DNA of 63,895 nt, the filler included, from Octopus bimaculoides (lineage: Eukaryota): the NCBI RefSeq assembly GCF_001194135.2. It is 6 parts of 6 records of this genome, joined end to end, with 100 filler letters (N's around TTAATTAATTAA, not from the genome) between each part and the next. Parts side by side here need not be neighbours in the genome. Positions count along the whole stretch, not along the records: positions 1 to 17,565 come from NC_068987.1; positions 17,666 to 24,819 come from NC_068988.1; positions 24,920 to 43,916 come from NC_069005.1; 3 more parts are not named here. The stretch is one strand, 5' to 3'. Below, in pieces: positions 12,420 to 24,993 of the stretch (its first letter is position 1; every line of letters begins with the position of its first letter). Below the pieces are notes generated by a model. It was given only the letters and a program-made list of their open reading frames with translations. It was not told the origin of the DNA and did no database searches. The position numbers and the translations under genes are program-made.

Positions 12420-13144
12420 TTTCTTTTACCCAAAGCACCCCACTGTAGACCTACCCAGAAGGATGGAAGGTGACACCAACACAGTTACACTGGAACTTAA
12501 AAACATAAAGGGATAAAAATAACCAATACTGTAAGACATATAATGTAATATTCTACCACTTCTGCCAGCAACCACCGTTATTTCTGTTGTTTTAATATCT
12601 TGTACTAACAGTGTATTGGTAGAAATGATAAGGCCATAGTTAAAATTTGTATGTATGTATTTGTATGTTCTGAACTCCCATCACACAGAGGCTCATGTTA
12701 CCTTTCAACCCCCAACGTGACTGACATGTCAAAGAATAGATCCAAAGTTTCTTCTGCATGTTGCAAAAGGTAACTAAAAGAGATTGAGGTAGGATCTGCA
12801 CTCCGACCTTGTAAAACCTTCACCAAACAGACTCATGGGCTGGAGGGTTATCGCCTGTGTAGTGCAAAGGTGTTGTCTGTCAGGAGTAGGAAATCACTAA
12901 CAAATGGTGGATGGAGTGATGCTCTGTTACAATGCATGCCTCCATTATTCACTGGAAGACACTTAATTAAGTAGTGTTTCATCATTGTTTAACATCTACT
13001 TCAACATGTTAGCATGGATCAGATAGAGTTTATTGAGTTTAATGTTTGCTTCAGCACGATTCCTACAGCACGATGCCTAATGGCAACCACTTTACACTAT
13101 GTGCAGTGTTCTTTCTTCATGGCACCAGCACGAGTGAGGTCAAC

Positions 13145-13320
13145 AATCATCATCATCATCGTCGTCATCGTTTAACGTCTGCTTTCCATGCTAGCATGGG
13201 TTGGACGATTTGACTGAGGACTGGTGGACCAGGAGGTGACACCAGGCTCCAATCTGATTTGGCAGAGTTTCTACAGCTGGATGCCCTTCCTAATGCCAAT
13301 CAAGTGCTCATAAAACGAGA
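13145..13320 (-). mobile_element. RTE 3'-UTR-derived repeat with (CAT)n
   Basis: CATCATCGTTTAACGTCTGCTTTCCATGCTAGCATGGGTTGGAC...GGATGCCCTTCCTAATGCCAA; near-identical copy at 14270-14620. Confidence 0.75.
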
Positions 13321-14268
13321 TCACCCACCTCACCCATACACATGTGTATGGGTGTGGAAGTGTCCTTGTCTGGACATCATGCAATAATTGTAAACAAGCA
13401 TCATTGTCATACAAGCAGTGTCGGTCACTTCCAATCTTCCATGAAAACATGTCAAGCCAAAAGGAAATATTATCCTGCTTGGAAACTGGTGAGGGCTGGT
13501 GAGTGGAATGGCACCGAGCACAAAAAAAAAAAAAAATCTGCTTCAACAAATTCCGTCTAATCCAAGCAAATATAGAAAAGTGGACATCAAAGCAATGATG
13601 ATGATGATGATGATGATGATACGCTTGCTGTTGTTTTTGTTTGATTTCACTTATAAAAAGAAGTCCTTGATGTCCTTCAGCCACTTTTGGTCTTTGCCAT
13701 GGATCTTTGACCATATACATTTTATTCCCTAGTAGTTAGGGTGTTGGGCTCATGATTGTTTGATTGTGGGTTCAATTCTTTGATTGAGCAGCTTGTTGTG
13801 TCCTTCAGCAGACACTTCATTTCATATTTCTCCAGTACCTGAAAATGAGTACAAGTGATACCTAGGGAGGAAGGGTTCAACCCAATAATGAACTAGTGTC
13901 TTGTTCAATGGGGAGTTTTATACTCTCAGCCTTCATGCCTTGAAAATTCAGATAAGCTCTTGCCTTGTGGCTTCTAAGCTCAAGGTAGCATTTAGTATAA
14001 TTTGAAATAAAGAAAATTTCTTTATCTCTTCCTTCTTTCTAATAACAAAATTTGAAATCAGAATAATTAGATAGTTTCAGTTAACCGAGAATTAAGACAG
14101 TTCTATAGCATTTTCGTCTTGTATTTTATACAATCACCTTATTTAAACTTTATTGTTCATATAGTAAGATAAGAACTTGTTTCTTCTAATACAACATAGG
14201 GCTGATTCTTTAAAATAAATTTTGAAAATTAATTAAAATTTGAAGAGGTTTAGTAAAATAATTAACTT

Positions 14269-14269
<1 letters not shown>

Positions 14270-14307
<38 letters not shown>

Positions 14308-14620
14308 GTTTAATGTCTGCTTTCCATGCTAGCATGGGTTGGATGATTTGACTGAGGACTGGTGGACCAGGTGGCTATACCAGGCTCCAATCTGATTTGG
14401 CAGAGTTTCTACAGTTGGATGCCCTTCCTAATGCCAACCACTCTGAGAGTGTAGTGGGTGCTTTTACGTGCCACCGGCATGAAGGCCAGTCAGGCGGTAC
14501 TGGCAACGACCACGCTCAAAATGGTGTATTTTACGTGTCACCTGCACAGGAGCCAGTCCAGCGGTAATGGCAACGATCTCGCTCGAATGTTTTTTTATGT
14601 GCCACTAGCACAAGTGCTAG
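14270..14620 (-). mobile_element. RTE 3'-UTR-derived repeat with (CAT)n
   Basis: Same family as 13145-13320, 11530-11680 and 18848-19060. Confidence 0.75.
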
Positions 14621-14796
14621 GAAGGCGACAAAGGATTCTTACATAAAATGATGATGGAAAGTTTTATTTAAACATAAACACTTTAAAAACAAGTAGTTTT
14701 ATATCCCAAGAATCAGTTAGTGCCTCAGGTATGTTGGGAACAGAATAACTTAAAGTGGATCTTTCATATTATTAAAATAGATAAGTGATACTTTAC

Positions 14797-14932
14797 CTTG
14801 TGGAAATAATCGACAGCCTTCAGGCTTTGACCCATCAGTACATAGACGTAGCCGATGGCTGAATATGTGGACGGTGTGTGAGGGCAAAGGGTCAAGGCAT
14901 ACTCATGGTACTCGAGAGCTTCTTTGTATTTT
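14797..14932 (-). CDS. CDC16: CDC16/APC6 TPR-coding exon
   Basis: ttttgtccctttag|A AAA TAC...CAC AAG|gtaaag; 136 nt encoding KYKEALEYHEYALTLCPHTPSTYSAIGYVYVLMGQSLKAVDYFHK, versus human KYAEALDYHRQALVLIPQNASTYSAIGY...AVDYFHT as recalled. Splices in phase 0 to the next exon. Confidence 0.96.
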
Positions 14933-17178
14933 CTAAAGGGACAAAAGAAAAAGAATAAGTTTTAGTATTTCTGTGTTGGGAAGGAAGCACCCTGAAAGGA
15001 TGAAAGGCAAAGTCAACCTCAGCAGAATTCGAACTCAGAATGCAGAGATGGGTGAAAACTGCTGAGCCTTTTGTCTGGCATGCTAACAATTCTGCCGGCT
15101 CACTGCCTAACTACAAAGGAAAAGAAAGACAGAAAGTAAGGACTTTTACAAATGAACTTATGTCATCAAAGTTAGATGATAACTTTATCTAATTGAATCT
15201 GTTGTATCCTATCTCTATTTATTAGAGAAAGACAGACAGACAGAAAGAGAGAGAAACAAATGGAGAAGGAGGGAGGGAGAGAGAGAGAGAACTTTCTTCA
15301 CAGGAATGGCTATTAGCAGCCCACAGAAGCAGCTTTTAGCTCTGTTTCTCTGATTGGTTATTTGGATTGTGGTGATGGTAGTGGTGGTGGGATCCTGGTA
15401 ACTGAAGGATCAATTTGGTTAAGAAATGATGAGAATGTTGATTAAATTTATTATATATGCAATCACTGAGACAGTCGATTTGAAATGGTGGTGGTGGTGA
15501 AAGGTGGAGTGGGCAATAAAGATGATGGCAGCTGTGATAACGGTGATACTGGTGACATGAAAAGGTAAAGCCAGAGTGGTGGTGGTGGTGGTGATGGCGA
15601 TGGGTGGTGGAAGCAGCAATAATGGCAGTGATAGTGGTGGGTATGGGATGGCAGAGATGATAACAGCAGTGTTGAAGGTGGGAGGAATGATGATGATGAT
15701 GATGATGATGGGAAAAGCAGGAATGATCCTGGTAGTCGGAGAAATGAGGGAGGTGTAAGAATGACGATGGTGGTGAAAGTGTTGACCAAAAAGGTGTTAA
15801 GTCTGTCGTTGGTGATAACTGAAAATATGATGATGATAAGGCTAACATATCATAACAAGCTAGTTTGCAGCCAATTAACCCCGTAATTACTATCACACTT
15901 AAATAAAAGCCATCAAAGCCAATATTCAACACCTCTACCCATTTTCAATTATTGTCTCCGACAAACATCCCACCCACTGTAGTCTCCATCTCATCTGCAA
16001 CAACCCTCCATGCATTATCCCCTCTTGCTATTCCACAGTCATCAAAGACAATACAGCCAACAAGACTACAACTGACAGTCCCCACCACCACTGTTACTAC
16101 CAGCCTCTTACCAACCACTTGAACACTTTCCAAACGTTGGGCATAAACCAAACAAACACGTGTCAGAAATAAACGTGACTGTTACAGAAATATCTGTTGA
16201 GGCAGCAGAATTCTTGGGTAGTTCAGCAGAGCAACTTGTAATTGGATTTTCAGAGTTTTATATTTTTACTTAACATTTTTATTCTATCAGAAACTATTTT
16301 TATTCCTACTTTTTCTTTTTATTGTATCATCTCAAAGAGCTGTGAAAATACTGCTTTGTTGATTCAATTGTTGCTGAAATAAAGCAAAACAATGGAGAAC
16401 TTTTAGATACTGTCCTCTACTTATTTCCTTTAACACTTTTTCTTATTCACGTTTTCACCATTCTAACTTAAGGTGCAAGGGTTAGATGGATCTGCAAATC
16501 CCATGCATTTATGAATTTACAGTCAAAATGTTCTTGTATTAGGTGAAAACAAAAAGAAGGAGTAGATAAAAACACAGTTAGGTTAAAACTACTATAGTTC
16601 TGCTACTGACACAGTATGATTCAGTGGTTAATGACACATACAAATCAAGAGTTCAAACTACTCTACAGCATATATCATAGTCAAGATGCATTATAAAAAA
16701 ATCCCCAAAAAACATCAGGTTCAGGGATGATTTTTTATTCACTCACCTGGCATTCATAAAATAAATACAAATAATATATTAGGACTGAAAATGTCTACTA
16801 AATCTTAACAGATTATCCAATCGCAATTAAAGTCTTTTACGTCCATGAAGTTTTAAAGGGACAGTCAGATGAGGAGAGCTCACCCATACCCATACAGGAA
16901 ATTCCATGCATGCAAAATAAATGAAGTAAAATTGCTACTCCAGGAATTCAGTGGTATTAGGTGGACAGATATTAAAATGTGGTTAACAGAAAAGACAATA
17001 TAAAGTGACATATCAACACCATCTTATTTAATCTTGTAATCATGGAATAAACTTTATTAATACACAAGACCAGACCAGCATGCCAAAACCGACATAAAAA
17101 TAGAGGTAATAATGGAGACTGGAATGTACATGTATGTGTATCATCATCATTTAATGTCTGTTTTCAATGATGATATTG

Positions 17179-17565
17179 AGTGGCTGTGTGGTAAGTAGCT
17201 AGCTTACCAACCACATGGTCCTGGGTTCAGTCCCACTGCGTGGCATCTTGGGCAAGTGTCTTCTACTATAGCCTCGGGCCGACCAAAGCCTTGTGAGTGG
17301 ATTTGGTAGACAGAAACTGAAAGAAGCCCGTCGTATATATGTATATATATATGTATGTGTGTGTATATGATTGTCCCCTCCTATCATCGCTTGACAACCG
17401 ATGCTGGTGTGTTTATGTCCCCGTAACTTAGCGGTTCGGCAAAAGAGACCGATAGAATAAGTACTAGGCTTCTAAAGAATAAGTCCTGGGGTCGATTTGC
17501 TCGACTAAAGGCGGTGCTCCAGCATGGCCACAGTCAAAAGACTGAAACAAGTAAAAGAATAAAAG
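17179..17565 (+). mobile_element. tRNA-derived CORE-like SINE with internal (TA/TG)n
   Basis: TGGCTGTGTGGTAAG...GGGTTCAGTCCC head, GGCATCTTGGGCAAGTGTC core and GAAACAAGTAAAAG tail; >90% similar to 20085-20496. Confidence 0.85.
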
Positions 17566-17609
17566 NNNNNNNNNNNNNNNNNNNNNNNNNNNNNNNNNNN
17601 NNNNNNNNN

Positions 17610-17621
17610 TTAATTAATTAA
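17610..17621. other. Artificial six-frame-stop linker TTAATTAATTAA inside a ~100-bp gap (also 24864, 43961, 60005, 62780)
   Basis: Identical 12-mer centred in N runs five times, marking scaffold joins of unknown size. Confidence 0.9.
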
Positions 17622-17666
17622 NNNNNNNNNNNNNNNNNNNNNNNNNNNNNNNNNNNNNNNNNNNNC

Positions 17667-18015
17667 AAGCAGAGGGTTATTGTTTTCAGAGACATATCTG
17701 GGTGTGGGTGGTTTATCTTGTATTTGTTGGGGGTAATAATCTAGGGATCGTTTGAATGCCGTGAAGTCACTTTCCTCCTTTATGTGTGTCTGGCACGATG
17801 TTGAAGAGAGCAGGGCCAATTGAGGTGAAATAGTTCTGTCATAGTGTTGTGATACGACACAAACATTTCTGTAGTGGACGGATGGCACGGGGGCCAAGCT
17901 TCGGACGAATTTTAAAGATGGGCAAAGTTGATGGAATATTTTCCACATCATACAGATGATATAGAGCTCACAGCGGCTGTGGAGGGAACAAAGCCTGACT
18001 TTTTGAGTCGATCCC
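17667..18015 (-). mobile_element. CR1/L2-type LINE ORF2 C-terminal fragment
   Basis: FTAFKRSLDYYPQQIQDKPPTPRYVSENNNPLL resembles the FKxxLDxxLxxIPDxP...GY C-terminal motif of CR1-group LINEs. Confidence 0.65.
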
Positions 18016-18048
18016 AATAGTCAAGGCTTGTCATATCATCCTCCGCAG

Positions 18049-18426
18049 ACCTCCGCCAAGCAGCTCATTTTAAGATAGATATGCAAATAAAATTTCTAAT
18101 AGAGAAACGAAAATAAACCTTTGAAACAGCAACGCCACCATACGTTACGTGGAAACGATGAACGTGTTTTCAAGGGAGATAATCAAAAAACGTAACATTG
18201 TAATACTTCATGTAAAGCAAATATAACAAATGAAAAATCCTTCAAGAATCCATAAAAGTTCCCGGATCACTACCAAAATTTCATCATCTGTTCCTTGTGT
18301 CATTACCAACTTTTCTCGCAAGTTTCATCAAATACCGTTCACAACTGTTTGAGTTATTTTGCACACAGACGGACAGATGGACAAACCAACGCCGATGAAA
18401 ACATCACCTCCTTCCTTGGCGGAGGT
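18049..18426. mobile_element. Non-autonomous element with 12-bp inverted ends (MITE- or Helentron-associated-like)
   Basis: ACCTCCGCCAAG (18049-18060) and CTTGGCGGAGGT (18415-18426) are a perfect inverted pair; CAGACGGACAGA motif near the right end. Confidence 0.6.
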
Positions 18427-18847
18427 AAAAACCAGAAGAATATCATCTCTTAGATCATGGATGGAAGATAACAATTACTTAAAGTTTCCGCTCTCTGCTT
18501 CCACCACGAACGCAGTCGGAACTCCTGCTGGATACGGCTTCGTAGTCTCTGCTGCAGCTGTTCATGCTGTCGGCGTTCTTACAGTCTTTACAGTATTCAC
18601 AGAGCATTGAGCACCAGTCATTATGTCGACGTTCTGATACTAGCGCGAGATGTCATGATACAAGCAATTCTTTTCCAATATCCAGATGGCTTTCAGTCCT
18701 CCGTGTCAGCTAACCTTTTCTCAACTACAACTTTAATCTTTATACACTCCAACGCCGTTGACTGCTCACCAATACATCAAGCCGTTCCTGAGAAAAGGAG
18801 GCATAAAAAATCGTCAAATTTTGCCCGAACACCCTGTGTGTATATAT

Positions 18848-18855
18848 CATCATCG

Positions 18856-18889
<34 letters not shown>

Positions 18890-19990
18890 TCAACGTCCAT
18901 TTTCCATGCTGGCATGGGTTGGACGGCTTGACAAGAACTCGGTGAAGCCAGAGGCCATACCAGGTTCCATAGTCTGTTTTGGCCTGATTTCTACAACTAA
19001 ATGCCTTCCCTAACGCCAACTGCTCAACAGAGTGTACTGGGCGCTTTTTATGTGATACCATCACAGGTGCTTTTTAAGTGGAACTAGCATCAATGCTTTT
19101 TACGTGGCTCCTTGGTTTTAGGATCTCAAGTCTGTTGTGGTGGGCAGGTCTTCCCAAGTGCAGCGATGTGTCACTTATCTCAGTCCTCTGTCATCTCCCT
19201 CGCAAGGTTCAACGTTTTGAGATCAGCCTCCAAAACTTCGTCCCATGTGTTTTCTGGGTTTCCCTCTTCCACAACTCCCCTTCACTTTAAGTGATTGACA
19301 TTTCTTTATGCAACTGTCCTCAGCCATCCTCACCACATGACCAAACCAGCACAGTCATCTCTCTTGCACACCGCATATAATTCTCCTTATATCCAACTTC
19401 TCCCTCAGTACACTAATGCTCTGTCACACATGCACACTGGCATCACACATCCAACGGAACATACTCACTTCATTCCTCTCTAACCTTCGCATGTCCTCCG
19501 TATTCAGAGCCCACGTCTCACTACCATGCAGCATCGCAGTTCGTACACATGCATCACACAATCTTCCTTTTATTCGGTGAGAGAGAGAGACACATTTGGT
19601 CGCCAACAGAGGTAAAAGTTCTCTGAACTACCTCCATCTTATTCTTATTCTATCAATTATGTCTTTTGTATAACTTCCTCCACTGCTAATTAGGTCACTT
19701 AGGTAGCAAAATCAACTACACCCTCCAGAGGGTCACTGGGACATTTAAGGAAATTACTTTCTCGAGTATCTAGCTTTTATGGCTCCCGTACATCTTCCAC
19801 ATACGAACACTACTTTTTCTGCTAACCTTCCGACTATTCCACTGCACCTCTTGTGTCCATAGCTTTCACTGGCTACACCAAATGGAATTTCTGCCTACAC
19901 CCTTTCTAAGCATCAGGCATGGCCATTTATCTAATGGGTGAAGAGTTCTGTCTGATTTCTTGGTTACTAGGTCTTTGGTCTTTGCTCAAT
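18848..19990 (-). mobile_element. 5'-truncated RTE LINE (~1.1 kb)
   Basis: Minus-strand GVGRNSIWCS..KLWTHKRCSGIVGRL, YLSDLISSGG, LHGSETWALNTEDMRRLERNE, followed by 3' UTR and (GAT)n tail. Confidence 0.88.
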
Positions 19991-20084
19991 TTACTTTAAG
20001 ACCCTTTGATTCCAGGTTCTGTTTCCACACCTGGAATTTCTTTTCTAATTCTGCTGCTGGTTCTGCTATGAGGGAAATATATAT

Positions 20085-20248
20085 GAGTGGCTGTGTGGTA
20101 AGTAGCTTGCTTACCAACCACATGGTTCCGGGTTCAGTCCCACCGCGTGGTACCTTGGGCAAGTGTCTTCTACTATAGCCTCGGGCCGATCAAAGCTTTG
20201 TGAGTGGATTTGGTAGATGGAAACTGAAAGAAGCCCGTCGTATATATG

Positions 20249-20281
<33 letters not shown>

Positions 20282-20496
20282 ATGTGTTTGTGTATCTGTG
20301 TTTGTCCCCCCATCATCACTTGACAACCGATGTTGGTGTGTTTACGTCCCCGTATCTTAGTGGTTCGGCAAAAGAGACCGATAGAATAAGTACTAGGCTT
20401 ACAAAGAATAAGTCCTGGGGTCGATTTGCTCGACTAAAGGCGGTGCTCCACCATGGCCGCAGTCAAATGACTGAAACAAGTAAAAGAGTAAAAGAG
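20085..20496 (+). mobile_element. tRNA-derived CORE-like SINE, near-intact
   Basis: Same family as 17179-17565; further copies at 38582-39017, 61070-61345 (minus) and 63570-63740. Confidence 0.85.
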
Positions 20497-20829
20497 TATA
20501 TATAACTTTCTATTTTCATTTTATTTTATCCTATTTAATCCTCTCTTGTACCCACTTCTTTTTTTTACACTGTCACACTTTTTTTTTCAATTTTTTATCG
20601 TTTTCTTTCCGTCGAATTGTTTAACCTTTTAAATGCATTATTTTTTTTTATAATTGTATTAATTTCTATTTTATCCCTTTAATTTTAATATTTTTTATTT
20701 TATTTTTATCTTGTATCTGTTATTTTTTGTAATTTTTATTCATTTTTTTTATTTTTACATCTTGTACACTTCCCACCTTTTCCTTTCTATTTTTTTTATC
20801 GCTCTTATTTTATTATATTCTATTTTATT

Positions 20830-21188
20830 TCTGTATACACGCGCATATACATACACACACGTACGTATACACACACACGCACAAATACACGCACACGCGC
20901 ACACACATGGACGCACATATACCTCCCACACACACCACACACATACATGCACATACATGCACACACATACAAGCGCACGCACAAAACACACGCACATACA
21001 CACACACGTGCATATACGCGTACACACACACGCACGTACACAGGAATACATATATACCTCCGCACACACAACCCCACGCACACACTTACACACGCTCATA
21101 CACACACATATACACACACACATCCATACCTACACACACTCACACACATGAATGCACATATGCCTCACAAATACTTCCCACACACACC

Positions 21189-21224
<36 letters not shown>

Positions 21225-21615
21225 CACGCACATTCACAACACACACATACACATGCGCACACACACGTACACACACGTACACATAGTACACACACGCACA
21301 CACAAACACATACAAGCACACACCCACAGGAATGCAAACCTAACACAACGCCACGCACACGCACATACACACACACGCACGCTCATACACGCACATGAAC
21401 GCACATATACCTTCACACACACAACCCCACGTACGCACACACATATACACACGCACACACACATACACGCACGCACACACACGCACAGACACACAGGAAT
21501 GTACATATAAACTCTACACACACAGCCTCACACACAATCCCCCCCCCACACACACACACAATATATACATACATACATATACATACATGTATATACATAC
21601 ACACACACGCATACA
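20830..21615. repeat. Complex (CA/CG/TA)-rich microsatellite
   Basis: Degenerate ACAC/GCAC/ATAC array that generates the spurious His/Thr and Val/Cys ORFs. Confidence 0.9.
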
Positions 21616-21899
21616 CATACTTCAAACTGCTAGTCAAACACCTTTCTACTAACCATTCCTCTACGCACATGTGAAGAGACAGACAACTACACAAAGGTCC
21701 GCCAATCCTGTTACCATGCTGCTGAATTCTTTCTAGAACATTAAAAGAATGAAAGTTCACTCACACATACACATATAAATAGCCAGCACCACACAAACAC
21801 CACATACACACACATGCTATTAAACACACACAGAGACTAGCGCGCAAGCACATACCCACACATACCTCCTTCTCTTACACTCTCCTGTCTTAGAAAGAA

Positions 21900-22064
21900 C
21901 TTTTTCTTCACCCATTCCCTTCCGGTCATTTCAAAATGTGACCGCATGTGAATCGTTGGCGATTTTCTTCGTCCGTCTTCCTTTTCTATTGAACTTTCCT
22001 CTGTTTCTGAAGAAGAGCGTCTGCTCGAAACGTTAAACCATCTTTCTTTCTTTCCCTGAGCGTC
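21900..22064 (+). mobile_element. Penelope-like element terminal repeat fragment
   Basis: CTGAAGAAGAGC...GCTCGAAACGT followed by a CT-rich tract and CTGAGCGTC; related copy at 36160-36330. Confidence 0.55.
22003..22038 (+). ncRNA. Minimal type I hammerhead ribozyme motif
   Basis: GTTT-CTGAAGA-A-GAGC(GTCT)GCTC-GAAACGT-T-AAAC: stem I 4 bp, intact core with an extra A, stem II 4 bp, palindromic ACGT stem III, cleavage triplet GUU. Confidence 0.6.
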
Positions 22065-23061
22065 NNNNNNNNNNNNNNNNNNNNNNNNNNNNNNNNNNNN
22101 NNNNNNNNNNNNNNNNNNNNNNNNNNNNNNNNNNNNNNNNNNNNNNNNNNNNNNNNNNNNNNNNNNNNNNNNNNNNNNNNNNNNNNNNNNNNNNNNNNNN
22201 NNNNNNNNNNNNNNNNNNNNNNNNNNNNNNNNNNNNNNNNNNNNNNNNNNNNNNNNNNNNNNNNNNNNNNNNNNNNNNNNNNNNNNNNNNNNNNNNNNNN
22301 NNNNNNNNNNNNNNNNNNNNNNNNNNNNNNNNNNNNNNNNNNNNNNNNNNNNNNNNNNNNNNNNNNNNNNNNNNNNNNNNNNNNNNNNNNNNNNNNNNNN
22401 NNNNNNNNNNNNNNNNNNNNNNNNNNNNNNNNNNNNNNNNNNNNNNNNNNNNNNNNNNNNNNNNNNNNNNNNNNNNNNNNNNNNNNNNNNNNNNNNNNNN
22501 NNNNNNNNNNNNNNNNNNNNNNNNNNNNNNNNNNNNNNNNNNNNNNNNNNNNNNNNNNNNNNNNNNNNNNNNNNNNNNNNNNNNNNNNNNNNNNNNNNNN
22601 NNNNNNNNNNNNNNNNNNNNNNNNNNNNNNNNNNNNNNNNNNNNNNNNNNNNNNNNNNNNNNNNNNNNNNNNNNNNNNNNNNNNNNNNNNNNNNNNNNNN
22701 NNNNNNNNNNNNNNNNNNNNNNNNNNNNNNNNNNNNNNNNNNNNNNNNNNNNNNNNNNNNNNNNNNNNNNNNNNNNNNNNNNNNNNNNNNNNNNNNNNNN
22801 NNNNNNNNNNNNNNNNNNNNNNNNNNNNNNNNNNNNNNNNNNNNNNNNNNNNNNNNNNNNNNNNNNNNNNNNNNNNNNNNNNNNNNNNNNNNNNNNNNNN
22901 NNNNNNNNNNNNNNNNNNNNNNNNNNNNNNNNNNNNNNNNNNNNNNNNNNNNNNNNNNNNNNNNNNNNNNNNNNNNNNNNNNNNNNNNNNNNNNNNNNNN
23001 NNNNNNNNNNNNNNNNNNNNNNNNNNNNNNNNNNNNNNNNNNNNNNNNNNNNNNNNNNNNN

Positions 23062-23092
<31 letters not shown>

Positions 23093-24014
23093 CAAGCTCG
23101 TCGAAACGCCGGTGTTAAAACGTGTGTGTACATGTTTATTTATATAACGGGCTTCTTTCAGTATCCGTCTACCAAATCAACTCATGAGGCATTACTAGTC
23201 CTGAGGCTATAGTAAAATTGCACTAGGTTCCACACAGTGGAACTGAAGTTGAAACCATGTGGTTTCAAAGCGAACTTCTTAACTTGCGTTTCTTCGTAAA
23301 TATGACAAGAAATCAGTTTTTATGCCTTCAATTTTCAGCAACAATTTAAAGCGAAGTCGAATATATTTAATCAGAAATGTGCGTAGCACTGAATCGAAAT
23401 AAGTCGGTTTTGGAGATGCTATAACAGTTAATAGTTAAACCAATCATAATATTATTGTTGATGGAGTTAATCAAAAAGACATTTTGGTGAATGAAATATG
23501 GAAATAATTTGTTGTCATATACAACGGCGAGTTTAGGACAGAAAAAGACATTTCGAGTAGACATCTTAATATAGGTTTGTAACTTTGTAGAACAACCAAA
23601 TGGGATAATAGGCAATTAGATAGCTGTACGTTACCACGTTACGTCGGGCTGTTCTCATGCATGGCATACATACACACATACATACATACATACACACATA
23701 CATACATACATACATACATACACAAACACACGCGCACAGGCGCGCGTACGGAAAAAGATGTAATGAAATGCGCCAACCTATCGCGCTTTTCTATCATCTT
23801 GTTTTCTTCTTCTTCTTCTTCTTCTTCTTTTCTTCCTTCTCCCCTCCTCCCCATTTTCTCTTCTACTTCTTTTTCCCTATTTTCTCCTCTTTTTCCCTAT
23901 TTCTCCTTTAGCCTTCTTCCTCCTCCTACTTTATCTCCTTTGCCATCAACACCATCATCATCATCATCATTATCATCCTCAAACCGTTGAAATAATACAA
24001 ACAGCAGGAACAGG

Positions 24015-24372
24015 CTTTCCTTCCTTCCTTCCTTCCTTCCTTCCTTCCTTCCTTCCTTCCTTCCTTCCTTCCTTCCTTCCTTCCTTCCTTCCTTCCTTCC
24101 TTCCTTCCTTCCTTCCTTCCTTCTCCTCCTATTTGTTGCTTTTTCTCTTTCTTCCTTTCTTTCTTTCTTCCTTTCTTTCTTTCTTCCTTTCTTTCTTTCG
24201 TTCTTTCTTTCTTTCTTTCTTTCTTTTCTTCTTTCTTTCCTTCTTCCTTTCTTCCTTTCTTTCTTTCATCCTTTCTTTCTTTCTTTCTTTCTTTCCTTCT
24301 TTCTTCCTTCCTTCCTTCTTCCTTTCCTTCTTCCTTTCTTTCTTCCTTTTTCCCTTTTTTCTTTCTTTCTTC

Positions 24373-24405
<33 letters not shown>

Positions 24406-24458
24406 TTTCTTTCTTTCTTTCTTTCTTTCCTTCCTTCCTTCCTTCCTTCCTTCTTTCC

Positions 24459-24489
<31 letters not shown>

Positions 24490-24685
24490 TTCCTTTCTTT
24501 CTTTCCTTCTTCCTTTCTTCCTTCCTTCCTTTCTTTCTTTCCTTCTTCCTTTCTTTTTTCTTTCTTTCCTTCTTTCTTTCTTTCCTTCCCTTCTTTCTTT
24601 CCTTCTTTCTTCCTTCCTTCCTTCCTTTCTTTCTTTCCTTCCTTCCTTCCTTCCTTCCTTCCTTCCTTCCTTCCTTCCTTCCTTC
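24015..24685. repeat. (TTCC)n/(TTTC)n polypyrimidine tract
   Basis: ~670 bp almost purely T/C on the plus strand. Confidence 0.95.
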
Positions 24686-24961
24686 AATGTCTAACTTGTC
24701 TAACTTTATCGCCCTCTTCTTCTTCTTCTTCTTCTTCTTCTTCTTCTACTTCTTCTCCCTCCATTTCCCTTCCTTCTGTCGTCTTCCCTTCATATTTATC
24801 TATCTAGATATTGTATTGTNNNNNNNNNNNNNNNNNNNNNNNNNNNNNNNNNNNNNNNNNNNNTTAATTAATTAANNNNNNNNNNNNNNNNNNNNNNNNN
24901 NNNNNNNNNNNNNNNNNNNGTGGCGGCGGTGTTGGTGGTGGCAGTGGCGGTGGTGGCAGTG

Positions 24962-24993
<32 letters not shown>

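Noticed and set aside
15336-16151. His/Pro/Thr-rich ORFs in the CDC16 upstream intron
   Set aside because: Produced by (GGT)/(GAT) low-complexity sequence; no CDC16 similarity.
21640-21760. Possible upstream CDC16 exon (ERIQQHGNRI...EEW)
   Set aside because: Lacks the conserved EPLLNNLGH motif and a convincing donor; the resemblance is superficial.
20711-24807. Long ORFs (HT/VC repeats, KEGR repeats, poly-X)
   Set aside because: Translations of microsatellites and N runs.
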